From the NCBI GenBank assembly GCA_023101485.1, contig LVZB01000001.1, positions 989,399 through 1,013,398 on the forward strand: 24,000 nt of DNA, in the 5' to 3' direction. The position numbers and the translations under genes are program-made. The notes under the pieces are model-generated. The model was not told where the DNA came from. It worked only from the letters and a program-made list of their open reading frames with translations, and ran no database searches. Below are positions 7,969 through 17,003 of this stretch, in pieces. Each line of letters opens with the position of its first letter. Position 1 is the stretch's first letter. This stretch comes from Pasteurellaceae bacterium Macca (GTDB lineage: Bacteria; Pseudomonadota; Gammaproteobacteria; Enterobacterales; Pasteurellaceae).

Positions 7969-8855
7969 TTTTCCTCTTCCATAATATGTTTAATCTCTGT
8001 GGCTAAACGTTCATAACGTAAGCGTAATGGTGAACCTGGTCGATAAATTAACCCAACTGATCGATAAAGCTCAGGATCATTAAAATGGAGATAATGGAGC
8101 TGTTGTGGCGCTGGTGCGCGGCTGGCAAGCTCAGGAATAAAAGCGATTCCCGCATCCGCAGATACCATATTTCGCAAAGTTTCAAGGCTACTGGCTTTAA
8201 AATGCGGGTTTTCTTTTGCCCCCACAGAAAGGCAATAATCAAGCGCGTGAGTACGAAGACAGTTACCATCATCTAGCATTAACATTTCTTGATCGTGTAA
8301 TTCTGCTAAAGGGATACTCTGTTTATTTGCCCAAGGATGCTGTTTAGAAACCGCCAGTAACATTTTTTCATGAAACATTGGTACTTCAATAAATGGTTCA
8401 CTCGCCTTATTTAATGCCAAAATACCACAATCTAATTGGCCCGATTGCAGTTGTTCGAGCAATGTCGTTGTTTGCAGTTCGTAAATGTATAAATCCAATT
8501 CAGGAAATAACGCACGCAATTTCGGCAAAATAATCGGTGAAAGATAAGAACCCAAAGTAGGAATAATACCAATGTGCATTGGACCAGACATTTCTTTACC
8601 TTGATTACTCGCCATCTCTTTTAGCACTTTCACTTCACGCAGAACGGCTTTGGCCTGTTCAACTAAATTTAACCCAGCTTGAGTGAACAACACTTTACGG
8701 CTAGTACGTTCTAGCAATACGGTACCAAGTTCATCTTCAAGTTTACGGATCTGCCCACTTAAAGTCGGCTGGCTCACATTACAAAAATCCGCTGCTTTAC
8801 GGAAATGTTTAAAATCAGCAAGGGCAATAAGGTATTCAAGATCGCGAATATTCAT
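7965..8855 (-). CDS. oxyR: LysR-family hydrogen-peroxide sensor OxyR
   Basis: [44 protein letters not shown]... is collinear with E. coli OxyR. Both redox cysteines are retained ([14 protein letters not shown]). Overlaps fabR by ATGA. Confidence 0.93.
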   Translation of the reverse strand: MNIRDLEYLIALADFKHFRKAADFCNVSQPTLSGQIRKLEDELGTVLLERTSRKVLFTQAGLNLVEQAKAVLREVKVLKEMASNQGKEMSGPMHIGIIPTLGSYLSPIILPKLRALFPELDLYIYELQTTTLLEQLQSGQLDCGILALNKASEPFIEVPMFHEKMLLAVSKQHPWANKQSIPLAELHDQEMLMLDDGNCLRTHALDYCLSVGAKENPHFKASSLETLRNMVSADAGIAFIPELASRAPAPQQLHYLHFNDPELYRSVGLIYRPGSPLRLRYERLATEIKHIMEEEK

Positions 8856-8995
8856 TGGTTTTCTCTTCTTTTCCTATCAAATCAATAGTTAAATTATGGC
8901 ATATTTAACCCATAATGCCCAAAATTTTTCTGCTCCCTTTCTAAATGGCAAAAAGCCCCCAACAAGCGGTCAAATTTAAACAAGATTTTGCACCG

Positions 8996-9025
8996 ATAAA
9001 AAAAGGGCGAAATCCGATTCCGCCC
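8996..9025 (-). terminator. rho-independent terminator of rph
   Basis: GGGCG (9005-9009) and CGCCC (9021-9025) form the stem. On the transcribed strand a run of seven T follows (A-run 8998-9004 on plus). Confidence 0.6.
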
Positions 9026-9044
9026 TGTTTATTTGCCTGATAGT

Positions 9045-9761
9045 TTAACTGGCTAACGCTTCACGCTGTGCCTGCACCAGTTGCATAATGCCCTCTTTGG
9101 CTAACGTGAGAAGGGTTAATAACTCTTCGTGGCTGAAAGGTTCGCCTTCGGCTGTGCCTTGCACTTCCACCAAGCGACCATCTTCGACCATGACCACATT
9201 CATATCCGTTTCGGCGTTTGAGTCTTCCACATATTCCAAATCACAACGGGCTTCACCTTCCACAATACCCACCGAAATCGCCGCCACCAAGCCTTTCATT
9301 GGATTCGTTTTTAACGTTCCTTCGGCGACTAATTTATTCATCGCATCGGATAACGCCACACAAGCCCCTGTAATCGCCGCCGTGCGAGTGCCACCATCGG
9401 CTTGAATCACATCACAATCCACCGTGATTGTCCGCTCACCAAGGGCTTTTAAATCCACCACCGCACGCAAAGAGCGAGCGATAAGGCGTTGAATTTCCAT
9501 TGTTCGCCCACTCTGTTTGCCTTTTGCGGCTTCACGCTGTGTGCGTGTGTGAGTCGCACGAGGCAACATACCATATTCTGCGGTAATCCACCCCTGTTGC
9601 TGACCTTTCAAAAAACGCGGAACGCTCTCTTCGACTGTGGCATTACACAATACTTTGGTTTCACCAAATTCAACAAGGACAGAACCTTCGGCATAACGGG
9701 TGTAATTGCGGGTGATTTTAATCGGGCGAGTTTGATTGGTGGGGCGGTTATTTGGGCGCAT
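9045..9761 (-). CDS. rph: ribonuclease PH
   Basis: 238 aa. [39 protein letters not shown]...[16 protein letters not shown] is typical RNase PH. Confidence 0.95.
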   Translation of the reverse strand: MRPNNRPTNQTRPIKITRNYTRYAEGSVLVEFGETKVLCNATVEESVPRFLKGQQQGWITAEYGMLPRATHTRTQREAAKGKQSGRTMEIQRLIARSLRAVVDLKALGERTITVDCDVIQADGGTRTAAITGACVALSDAMNKLVAEGTLKTNPMKGLVAAISVGIVEGEARCDLEYVEDSNAETDMNVVMVEDGRLVEVQGTAEGEPFSHEELLTLLTLAKEGIMQLVQAQREALAS

Positions 9762-9844
9762 AATTCTTCCTTTTTTGATAAAATTTTCCCTATTTTAGCA
9801 GAATAACCCGTACAATATGCCGAAATTTCAGAGGATATTCGATA

Positions 9845-10708
9845 ATGATTTATAGCATGACCGCCTTTTCCCACCTTGAAATCAAACAAGATTGGGGAAA
9901 CGCCGTGTGGGAAATCCGCTCGGTCAATCAACGTTTTTTAGAAACCTACTTCCGCCTGCCAGAACCTTTTCGTAATTTAGAGATGACCCTTCGGGAACGC
10001 CTACGGTCAGCCTTAACGCGAGGTAAGGTTGAATGTAGCCTCCGCATTGAATTAAACAGCCAACAAAACAGCAGTTTAACGGTCAATCAAGCCTATGCAG
10101 AGCAAGTGATCAACTCATTAAAATGGCTTAAAGCCACCGCTAATGAAGGAGAAATTAACCTTGTGGATGTTCTGCGTTTTCCCGGCGTGATTGACGCACC
10201 AACCCAAGATCTCGACCAAATTAGCCAAGATTTACTCGCAGGATTTGAACAGATTTTGGCAGATTTTATCGCTATGCGTGGGCGTGAAGGGGCGAATCTC
10301 CACGCCTTAATTCAACAACGCCTTGACAGCATTGCCGAAGAAGCCAGCAAAGTGCAAAGCCAAATGCCAAGTGTTTTACAGTGGCAAAAAGAGCGTTTAG
10401 CGCAACGTTTTGAGGAACTGAATGTCGCCCTTGACGCACAACGCTTAGAACAAGAGATGGTGCTATTGGCACAGAAAGTCGATGTTGCCGAAGAGCTTGA
10501 TCGCCTACAACTTCACGTCAAAGAAACCACGGCGATTCTGAAAAAAGGCGGTGCAGTTGGGCGTAAATTAGACTTTATGATGCAAGAACTAAACCGTGAA
10601 GCTAATACTCTTGCCTCAAAGTCGATCAACGCAGAAATCACAAACTCCGCCGTGGAGCTAAAAGTGCTGATTGAGCAGATGCGTGAGCAGATTCAAAATT
10701 TAGAGTAA
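9845..10708 (+). CDS. yicC: YicC-family stress-induced protein (endoribonuclease)
   Basis: 287 aa, divergent from rph as in E. coli. Carries the characteristic C-terminus LDFMMQELNREANTLASKS...IEQMREQIQNLE. Confidence 0.9.
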   Translation: MIYSMTAFSHLEIKQDWGNAVWEIRSVNQRFLETYFRLPEPFRNLEMTLRERLRSALTRGKVECSLRIELNSQQNSSLTVNQAYAEQVINSLKWLKATANEGEINLVDVLRFPGVIDAPTQDLDQISQDLLAGFEQILADFIAMRGREGANLHALIQQRLDSIAEEASKVQSQMPSVLQWQKERLAQRFEELNVALDAQRLEQEMVLLAQKVDVAEELDRLQLHVKETTAILKKGGAVGRKLDFMMQELNREANTLASKSINAEITNSAVELKVLIEQMREQIQNLE

Positions 10709-10729
10709 CGCAAATTTCTGTCTAAATTT

Positions 10730-10761
10730 GACCGCTTGTTTGCCACAAGCGGTCTTTTTTT
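10730..10761. terminator. terminator hairpin built from an inverted pair of USS
   Basis: gaccgcttgt (10730-10739) and acaagcggtc (10745-10754) form a perfect 10-bp stem with a 5-nt loop, followed by T7 (10755-10761). It lies between the convergent yicC and matP stops. Confidence 0.8.
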
Positions 10762-11170
10762 AGCCATTCTTTGCTTTGGGGGGCATTTTCTCAAATTCAT
10801 CGATGAGCAGGTGAATCGCCTCGGAGAGGGTCAGCTCCATGCTTTCGGCGACGTTGGCAAGCCGTTGCCAACTTGGGTAGTCTAAATCAATGGATTTTTT
10901 CCGCGTGGATTGTTTTTCTGCATTGAAAAAACGCTTTCTTCTGGCACGAATAGTCTGACGCATTCGGCGTTTTTGATCCGCTGTCATTTCTGCCTTAATC
11001 CAGCCCTCAATGCCTTCGGGGGAGTTTTGTAAGGTGGTTAATAACTGCATTTTCTGCTCAATGAGGCTCGCTTCTGTATGCTTAGTGACATTTTCGCCCT
11101 CACGGTATTTTTTCAGCAAGTATGCCCACTTCCAACTTGCCTCTTGTATCTCTAACTTTTGGTAGCGCAT
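10760..11170 (-). CDS. matP: macrodomain Ter protein MatP
   Basis: 136 aa. MRYQKLEIQEASWKWAYLLKKYREGE...RMRQTIRARRKRFFNAEKQSTRKKSIDLDYPSWQRLA is collinear with E. coli MatP. Confidence 0.9.
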   Translation of the reverse strand: MRYQKLEIQEASWKWAYLLKKYREGENVTKHTEASLIEQKMQLLTTLQNSPEGIEGWIKAEMTADQKRRMRQTIRARRKRFFNAEKQSTRKKSIDLDYPSWQRLANVAESMELTLSEAIHLLIDEFEKMPPKAKNG

Positions 11171-11254
11171 TCGACTTTTCCGACGGGAATAATTTGTGAA
11201 GTATAGCCGAATTGGCGGTATAATGGCGGCAAATTTTCATCACGAGGCAAGGTT

Positions 11255-12916
11255 GTGCATCATTCCTTTCATTCTAATTTTGCTATTCAATGGCAATCCC
11301 TCACGGTCAATTATCCGTTTAATGAGAAACAAAACGCCCCAGTGCGTTTTTTTGATTTTCAGCAGAAAACACAACAAGCGTTAAATCAATTTATTGAGAG
11401 TGATTTTGGCAGTGCATTGGTGATTAAAACGGAAACCTTTCGTGAATTTTGCGCCGAAATTGAAACCTATTTGCACCAAAAGCAGGTGAAATATGTTTTT
11501 AAGAATGAGTTTGATCGCCAAAGTTTATTCGGCTATGCCCTCTATTTGAGTAAAGAGAATCGGATTCAAGAAGTCAATGGTGCGATTCAACAAGCCGAAA
11601 AGGGCGTGTTGATCTTAAATATTAACGCCTTGCTACTTGATATTACGCAATGGGATAAATTAAAACAGGCGCTTTTATTTGGGCAGTATCAAAAAATTGC
11701 GTTAAATGACATGCCTGCGGAATCTCCCGTTGTTCATTCGCCCTTTAAATTATTATTACTCGGTAGTCGGGAGGATATTGCCACCCTTGCAAAATATGAC
11801 GATTCTCTCTATCAATTTTGCCAATATACCGAAATTGATGCCTATTTAACCGTATCGGATCAGCAGTTTGAAAAGTGGGGGAACTATATTCAAAGCACCG
11901 CCGAAAAACAGCATAACCGCCAATTTTCACGCCGAGGGCTAAATCAATTTTTACAATATTATGTGCGAGAAAGCGAAAGCCACCATCTTCTCTCCATTTC
12001 GCCGACCTTGTTAGCCAAGCATTTAAGCGGATTACGGGCGTTTTACCCTGAACAGGCGACCTTTGATGATATTCAGGGCTATTTTGATTATTTACAAATG
12101 CAATCTGCCACCTTAAATCAATATGTGCTGAATGATATGTTAAATCATCAACAATATATTGAAACCCAAGAGAAAGCCGAGGGGCAAATTAACGGTTTAT
12201 CGGTGGTGGAATTTGACGGTATCCCCCAACCCTTTGGCGAGCCGATTCGGATTAGTTGTAATGTGCAATATGGCGAAGGCGAAATTCACGATATTGAACG
12301 CAAGGTAGAATTAGGGGGGAATATTCACGCCAAAGGGATTTTAATTGCACAATCTTGCCTCGCCCATTTATTAGAATTGCCAACCCAGCTCCCTTTTTCC
12401 GCTTCCCTTGCCTTTGAGCAATCCTATGGCGAAGTTGATGGGGATAGCTCCTCCTTGGCAATTTTCTGCGTGCTGATCAGTGCCTTAGCCAAACTGCCTG
12501 TGCCACAATCCTACGGCATTACTGGGGCTATCGATCAATTTGGCAATGTGTTGAGTGTTGGTGGGGTAAATCAGAAAATTGAGGGCTTTTTCGACCTTTG
12601 TGAAGCCCGCACCTTAACCGGCGAGCAAGGCGTGATTATCCCTTCGGCTTGCCTTTCTCATTTAAGTTTAAAGCCTGCGGTGATCGACGCTGTGAAGGCA
12701 AAACAGTTCCACATTTGGGCCGTTTCCGATGTGTTTGAAGCCTGTGAGATCCTCTTTGAACACCCTTTCTATGCCGAAGAAGAGAAAGAAGATGATAAAG
12801 CAAAAAGTGAAAAAACCGCCCTTTTTGAGCTGATTCATCAACATATTGAGCATCAAGAAGAACAAACAAGCGGTTCAATTTGGCAAAGAATTTGCAAATG
12901 GGGAAAAGGGCACTGA
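11255..12916 (+). CDS. lonH: Lon-like S16 protease homologue (YcbZ/LonH)
   Basis: 553 aa with a GTG start. The C-terminal block GQINGLSVVEF...GEPIRISC...ERKVELGGNIHAKG...FEQSYGEVDGDSSS...GVNQKIEGFF matches E. coli YcbZ. Position between matP and fabA is as in E. coli. Confidence 0.85.
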   Translation: MHHSFHSNFAIQWQSLTVNYPFNEKQNAPVRFFDFQQKTQQALNQFIESDFGSALVIKTETFREFCAEIETYLHQKQVKYVFKNEFDRQSLFGYALYLSKENRIQEVNGAIQQAEKGVLILNINALLLDITQWDKLKQALLFGQYQKIALNDMPAESPVVHSPFKLLLLGSREDIATLAKYDDSLYQFCQYTEIDAYLTVSDQQFEKWGNYIQSTAEKQHNRQFSRRGLNQFLQYYVRESESHHLLSISPTLLAKHLSGLRAFYPEQATFDDIQGYFDYLQMQSATLNQYVLNDMLNHQQYIETQEKAEGQINGLSVVEFDGIPQPFGEPIRISCNVQYGEGEIHDIERKVELGGNIHAKGILIAQSCLAHLLELPTQLPFSASLAFEQSYGEVDGDSSSLAIFCVLISALAKLPVPQSYGITGAIDQFGNVLSVGGVNQKIEGFFDLCEARTLTGEQGVIIPSACLSHLSLKPAVIDAVKAKQFHIWAVSDVFEACEILFEHPFYAEEEKEDDKAKSEKTALFELIHQHIEHQEEQTSGSIWQRICKWGKGH

Positions 12917-12927
12917 TCCGATAAGTC

Positions 12928-12945
12928 GGCTTACACCTGTACGCT
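12928..12945. promoter_or_regulatory. candidate FabR operator in the fabA promoter
   Basis: Imperfect palindrome GGCTTACAC|CTGTACGCT (core GCTTACA-N2-TGTACGC). It overlaps the -35 position of a TACTAT -10 box at 12961-12966, about 85 nt upstream of the fabA ATG. Confidence 0.45.
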
Positions 12946-13027
12946 AAGTTTAAAGTCTGTTACTATGCCTTCACTGTTAAAGCACAGGCAATAACAGGCT
13001 TTTACATTGCATATAGGAATAAAAAAT

Positions 13028-13558
13028 ATGAACGGTTGTACTCCGAATATTAAATCAAGCTACGATTACCAAGACCTCCTCGCCTCTGGGCGTGGTGAAT
13101 TATTCGGCAAAGAAGGTCCGCAACTCCCTGCCCCATCAATGCTAATGATGGATAGAATTACTAAAATGTCCGCCACCGAAGGGCTTTTTGAAAAAGGCTA
13201 TATTGAAGCCGAATTAGATATTCACGCCGATTTACCTTTCTTTGGCTGCCATTTTATTGGCGACCCCGTGATGCCGGGCTGTTTAGGGCTAGATGCAATG
13301 TGGCAATTAGTGGGTTTCTTCCTCGGTTGGGTCGGCGGTAAAGGCAAAGGTAGAGCCCTAGGTGTTGGCGAAGTGAAATTCACTGGGCAAATCTTACCCA
13401 CGGCGAAAAAAGTGGTTTATCGCATCAATATGAAACGGGTCATCAATCGCAAATTAGTCATGGGTATGGCGGATGGAGAAGTTGAAGTGGATGGTCGTGT
13501 CATTTACACCGCCACGGATTTAAAAGTCGGCTTATTCCAAGATACCACTACATTCTAA
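13028..13558 (+). CDS. fabA: 3-hydroxydecanoyl-ACP dehydratase/isomerase FabA
   Basis: [29 protein letters not shown]...[31 protein letters not shown]... is nearly identical in layout to E. coli FabA. I prefer ATG 13028 (AGGAA 9 nt upstream) over the track TTG start at 13007. Confidence 0.95.
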   Translation: MNGCTPNIKSSYDYQDLLASGRGELFGKEGPQLPAPSMLMMDRITKMSATEGLFEKGYIEAELDIHADLPFFGCHFIGDPVMPGCLGLDAMWQLVGFFLGWVGGKGKGRALGVGEVKFTGQILPTAKKVVYRINMKRVINRKLVMGMADGEVEVDGRVIYTATDLKVGLFQDTTTF

Positions 13559-13580
13559 TTTTTCGATCACTGTCGAAAAA
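13559..13580. promoter_or_regulatory. 22-bp CRP-geometry palindrome (CRP-S-like), alternatively a weak fabA terminator hairpin
   Basis: TTT-TTCGA-TCACTG-TCGAA-AAA. This has the 5-N6-5 spacing of CRP sites, with C at position 6 as in Sxy-dependent CRP-S sites, but T instead of G at position 5 in both halves. It lies ~80 nt upstream of the prepilin-type gene. Confidence 0.3.
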
Positions 13581-13636
13581 TCCCCCCAAATTGCTTTACT
13601 GCATTTTCCACATCTTTACTATTTCCCCAATTTTTT

Positions 13637-13861
13637 GTGATTCAAAGTTGGGGAAATATGTTCAAAGCCATCAGTTTTATTGAAACACTTTTTGTGTTGG
13701 TGCTGATTTCCCTCTCATTAATGCTTTTTATTCCGCAACACTTTCAATTAAATGATTATATTGCGTTAAATAATGAAATCGACCAAGTGAAATCTTTCAT
13801 TTATAACATTCAACAAAAAGCACGATATAGCAATAAAAATGGGGCTGTCCTAGATAACTAG
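13637..13861 (+). pseudogene. prepilin-type (pseudopilin/competence-pilin-like) gene truncated by IS insertion
   Basis: MFKA|ISFIETLFVLVLISLSLMLF gives a short leader, Glu at +5 and a hydrophobic helix, the prepilin methylation-domain pattern. The likely start is ATG 13658. The last 6 codons plus stop (GAVLDN*) are read from the IS inverted repeat, and no continuation is found downstream of the IS. Confidence 0.55.
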
Positions 13862-14559
13862 ACCAAACTCTCTTTAACTAATTGTTTTAGAAAGGAAATT
13901 TGAGACTTTAAGTTACTGTGATTAAAACGCCATTCACATTCTTTCAAATACAGCCCAAAATGAGCTTTGGGAATACCATTAAATTTGCGTAAATGGCGTT
14001 TTGCTTGGTTCCAGAAATTCTCAATTCCGTTAATGTGATTTTGTTTTTCTGCAAAGTGCGTACTATGGTTGATACGAAAATGATTAAATTCACTCACATC
14101 AAGTACATCATAACTTCGATAGAAATCCGTGTAAACAATGCTATCAGGCTTAACTTGTTCTCGAATTATCGGTAACAACGTGGCGGATTGCGTGTTCGGT
14201 ACGGCAACAGTATAAACTTTGCCATTGCGTTTCAACAGCCCGAATACCGCAGTTTTACCCGCTGCACCACGTCCACGCTTGCCTTTGCGTGTACCACCAA
14301 AATAGCTTTCATCGGCTTCTATTTCCCCATCAAACATCTCCAAATGTGGGCTGTTTTGATAGATAAGAAATCGCAAGCGATGAAAATAGTAAGCGGCAGT
14401 TGTCTTGTTTACATTCACTAGTTCAGCAGCAGTTCTCGCTGTAACTCCTGCAACAAATAGTTCAATGAGTTTATTTTGTTTGTGCTGACTTAAACGACTT
14501 TTTCTCATTTGACTATCTTAACCCAAATCGAGTTTTTAGTCGTTATCTAGGACAGCCCC
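13841..14559 (-). mobile_element. intact IS1016-like element (IS1595 family), 719 bp
   Basis: Perfect 18-bp terminal inverted repeats: GGGGCTGTCCTAGATAAC (13841-13858) and GTTATCTAGGACAGCCCC (14542-14559). They flank a single uninterrupted transposase ORF. Confidence 0.9.
13858..14508 (-). CDS. IS1016-type (IS1595 family) transposase
   Basis: 216 aa. MRKSRLSQHKQNKLIELFVAGVTARTAAELVNVNKTTAAYYFHRLR...EADESYFGG...VYTDFYRSYD...INHSTHFA...INGIENFWNQAKRHLRKFNGI is the typical IS1016 transposase layout. Confidence 0.9.
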   Translation of the reverse strand: MRKSRLSQHKQNKLIELFVAGVTARTAAELVNVNKTTAAYYFHRLRFLIYQNSPHLEMFDGEIEADESYFGGTRKGKRGRGAAGKTAVFGLLKRNGKVYTVAVPNTQSATLLPIIREQVKPDSIVYTDFYRSYDVLDVSEFNHFRINHSTHFAEKQNHINGIENFWNQAKRHLRKFNGIPKAHFGLYLKECEWRFNHSNLKSQISFLKQLVKESLV

Positions 14560-14689
14560 TTTATTTTAATAATTTACCTCTACTGATGGTTCTTATCTTT
14601 GCGATGAAATAGTCTATCCAATTAAATGATTAATTATTTTTAGGAAGATTTTGAGGCTATTTAGAAGAGTGGTTTAAGATTTATTTTAG

Positions 14690-14753
14690 AGAAAATAAAA
14701 AATCTGCACCTAAATAGATTCACCGTGAGATCAATCTTAAGGGTGCAGATTTT
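14690..14753 (-). terminator. msrQ terminator (long hairpin plus T-tract)
   Basis: A 12-bp stem aaaatctgcacc (14699-14710) / ggtgcagatttt (14742-14753) with a 31-nt loop. A T-rich run follows on the minus strand, 16 nt after the msrQ stop. Confidence 0.55.
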
Positions 14754-14768
14754 ATGTTGAGTGAAATA

Positions 14769-15347
14769 TTATCCTTTTCTCATTTTGATTCGCCAAGCAA
14801 CAATAGCTGCTACGAGAACTCCAACTACAATTGGAGCGAGAGTAATTCCCTTAACGGACCAATAATAGTGCACTGCGGCGAGAACAATTGCTGGATAGGC
14901 TAATTGGTGCACAGTAAACCATTTTTTTCCAATGGCCTGTTTCACTTGTGGTAAGGAAGTGATTGCCATGAGAGTTAAAATCCCGAAAGCGATTCCTCCA
15001 AAGATGAGATAAGGTCGATTGACGATTTCGCTGATAAAGAGAGAGAAATCTAACCCTAGCTCTAGGGCGAAGTAGCTAGAAACATGTAACAGAGCCCAAG
15101 CAAATGCCCAAAGTCCAAGAGGACGGCGGAGAATTTGATATTGGTTCTTTTTTAGTAACTGCAAAATGATCCCCAGCACAAACATAAAGCAGAAGATTAA
15201 GATTGCAGTGTAGCCAAGAAAATGCTCAATTTCTTTAATCGGGTCAGAGCCGAGGGCTGTTTCATCACCACTCGCCAGTACGGTAGCGAGCCAGATTAAC
15301 GGAGCAAAACAGCCGAGATGAATGATAATTCGCAATGGTACTAACAT
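14769..15347 (-). CDS. msrQ: methionine-sulfoxide reductase heme-binding membrane subunit MsrQ (YedZ)
   Basis: 192-aa polytopic membrane protein with conserved His residues. Its ATG shares a base with the msrP stop. Confidence 0.88.
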   Translation of the reverse strand: MLVPLRIIIHLGCFAPLIWLATVLASGDETALGSDPIKEIEHFLGYTAILIFCFMFVLGIILQLLKKNQYQILRRPLGLWAFAWALLHVSSYFALELGLDFSLFISEIVNRPYLIFGGIAFGILTLMAITSLPQVKQAIGKKWFTVHQLAYPAIVLAAVHYYWSVKGITLAPIVVGVLVAAIVAWRIKMRKG

Positions 15348-16309
15348 TAGAAATTCGCCTTTAAGTCTAAGCCTTTGTAGAGATGTGCAACTTCTTTTTC
15401 ATAGCCGTTAAACATCAGTGTTGGTTGGCGTTTTACGGAGAGTAAACCACCACTGCCAATAACACGTTCAGAGGCTTGGGACCAGCGAGGGTGATCGACA
15501 TGTGGGTTCACATTGGCGTAGAAACCGTACTCGTCAGGGGCTAATTTTTCCCATGTAGTACGAGGGCGAGTTGCTGAGAAAGTGATTTTGACAATCGATT
15601 TAATGCTCTTAAAGCCGTATTTCCATGGTACAACAAGGCGAATTGGCGCGCCGTTTTGTGGTGGTAGGCTTTTGCCATAGAGCCCAACGCTCATAAGAGT
15701 CAATGGGTTGAGGGCTTCATCAAGGCGAAGGGCTTCTACGTAAGGGTAATCAATACCGCCACCAAAGAAGAGATTTTTTTGCCCCGGCATTTGTTCTGGA
15801 TCGTGTAGGGTGTGAAAGACCACATATTTTGCTTTACTGGTTGGTTTGGCTTTTTCGATTAAGCGCGCTAATTCAAAGCCGATCCACGGCACGACCATTG
15901 CCCAAGCCTCAACGCAACGGAAGCGATAAATGCGCTCTTCTAATGGGAAGGTGCTAAACAGTTCCGCATGGCTTAGTGTGAATGGATTTTCCACTTCGCC
16001 ACCAATTTCGAGTTTCCATGGATCCGTCTTAAAATTTTTGGCATACTGCGCAGGTGAGCCCTTTTCTACCCCAAATTCGTAGAAATTATTGTAGCCGATG
16101 ACTTTTTTTTCAGGTGTGAGCACTAAGTTCTTATTGTTATCTGCCTTAAATTTCAGCGCCTGCAATTTTTGTGTTTCAGCAAAGCTGATATTGGGTAGTA
16201 GTGAGCCGGTTACACCTAAACCAGCACCCACACCAAGTGCTTTAATAATTTTCCGTCGTTGTTGGAAAATTGATTCAGGGGTGATGTCGTCAGTGGTAAA
16301 TTTCTGCAT
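15347..16309 (-). CDS. msrP: periplasmic molybdopterin methionine-sulfoxide reductase MsrP (YedY)
   Basis: 320 aa with a twin-arginine signal [23 protein letters not shown]...[21 protein letters not shown]...[25 protein letters not shown]...[18 protein letters not shown] is collinear with E. coli YedY. Confidence 0.93.
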   Translation of the reverse strand: MQKFTTDDITPESIFQQRRKIIKALGVGAGLGVTGSLLPNISFAETQKLQALKFKADNNKNLVLTPEKKVIGYNNFYEFGVEKGSPAQYAKNFKTDPWKLEIGGEVENPFTLSHAELFSTFPLEERIYRFRCVEAWAMVVPWIGFELARLIEKAKPTSKAKYVVFHTLHDPEQMPGQKNLFFGGGIDYPYVEALRLDEALNPLTLMSVGLYGKSLPPQNGAPIRLVVPWKYGFKSIKSIVKITFSATRPRTTWEKLAPDEYGFYANVNPHVDHPRWSQASERVIGSGGLLSVKRQPTLMFNGYEKEVAHLYKGLDLKANF

Positions 16310-16445
16310 TGGTTTTCTCCTTTATCATTTACATTATGTTTGTCATACAAGCGGTCAATTTTTAATAAAAATTAGCGGAGCTTGTGAACATATCCATTAG
16401 ACGCACTATAACTAAATTTATTACATAAATTTTTAAAGAGGAAAT

Positions 16446-17003
16446 ATGTTTTCACTTAATTCACAGGGGATCAGTGAAATTCGCCAACAAATGTTGAAAT
16501 TTGCGCAATTACAGCTCCATGATCCTGACCTTGCTGAAGATGTGGTACAAGAAGCGTTGGCAAGCGCTTATAAAAATGCGAACTCATTTCGAGGAAAATC
16601 TGCTTTAAAGACATGGATTTTTGCGATTCTTAAACACAAGATTATTGATTTAATACAGAGTAGAAAGCGGACTATTACCCTTTCTGAAATGGGAGATGAG
16701 ATTGATCCGGAATGTTTTTTCGACCAAACGGGTCATTGGGCAGTCAATGAAATTAAAGAATGGCAAGATGTGGAACAAATAACGTATCAAAAAGAATTTT
16801 GGGCGATTTTTGATCTTTGCTTGAATAAATTATCTGGTCAACAAGCACGAGTATTTATGATGAAAGAGTATTTAGAATTACCAAGAGAGCAAATTTGTAA
16901 TGAATGTGGTATCTCAGCGACTAACCTAAATGTGATGTTATATCGTGCAAGGCTACAGCTCCATGCTTGCCTTGCGCGTAACTGGTTTGAGGGGGAGGTT
17001 TAA
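16446..17003 (+). CDS. ECF-type (sigma-70 family) RNA polymerase sigma factor
   Basis: 185 aa. Region 2 is DLAEDVVQEALASAYKNANSFRGKSALKTWIFAILKHKIID. Region 4 is the HTH REQICNECGISATNLNVMLYRARLQL. Confidence 0.85.
   Translation: MFSLNSQGISEIRQQMLKFAQLQLHDPDLAEDVVQEALASAYKNANSFRGKSALKTWIFAILKHKIIDLIQSRKRTITLSEMGDEIDPECFFDQTGHWAVNEIKEWQDVEQITYQKEFWAIFDLCLNKLSGQQARVFMMKEYLELPREQICNECGISATNLNVMLYRARLQLHACLARNWFEGEV

Noticed and set aside
9088-9931. Track ORFs antisense to or overlapping rph and yicC (9088..9405, 9489..9806, 9608..9931). Similar antisense ORFs lie inside oxyR, fabR, ftsE, ftsY, tilS, msrP and nusG.
   Set aside because: Each lies wholly within or opposite a gene with strong homology-type evidence. 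They lack ribosome-binding sites and have no recognisable motifs.
11196-11384. 62-aa ORF overlapping the start of lonH.
   Set aside because: It overlaps the lonH N-terminus in another frame. lonH homology begins at about 11255, and the small ORF has no motif.
16382-16412. TGAACA...CGCA...TATAAC upstream of the ECF sigma gene as a possible ECF-type (GAAC-N16-17-CGT/TCTAA) autoregulated promoter.
   Set aside because: Spacing between the GAAC and any CGT/TCT-type -10 element does not fit (about 12 nt or no match at 18 nt). I cannot support a call without a species-specific motif.
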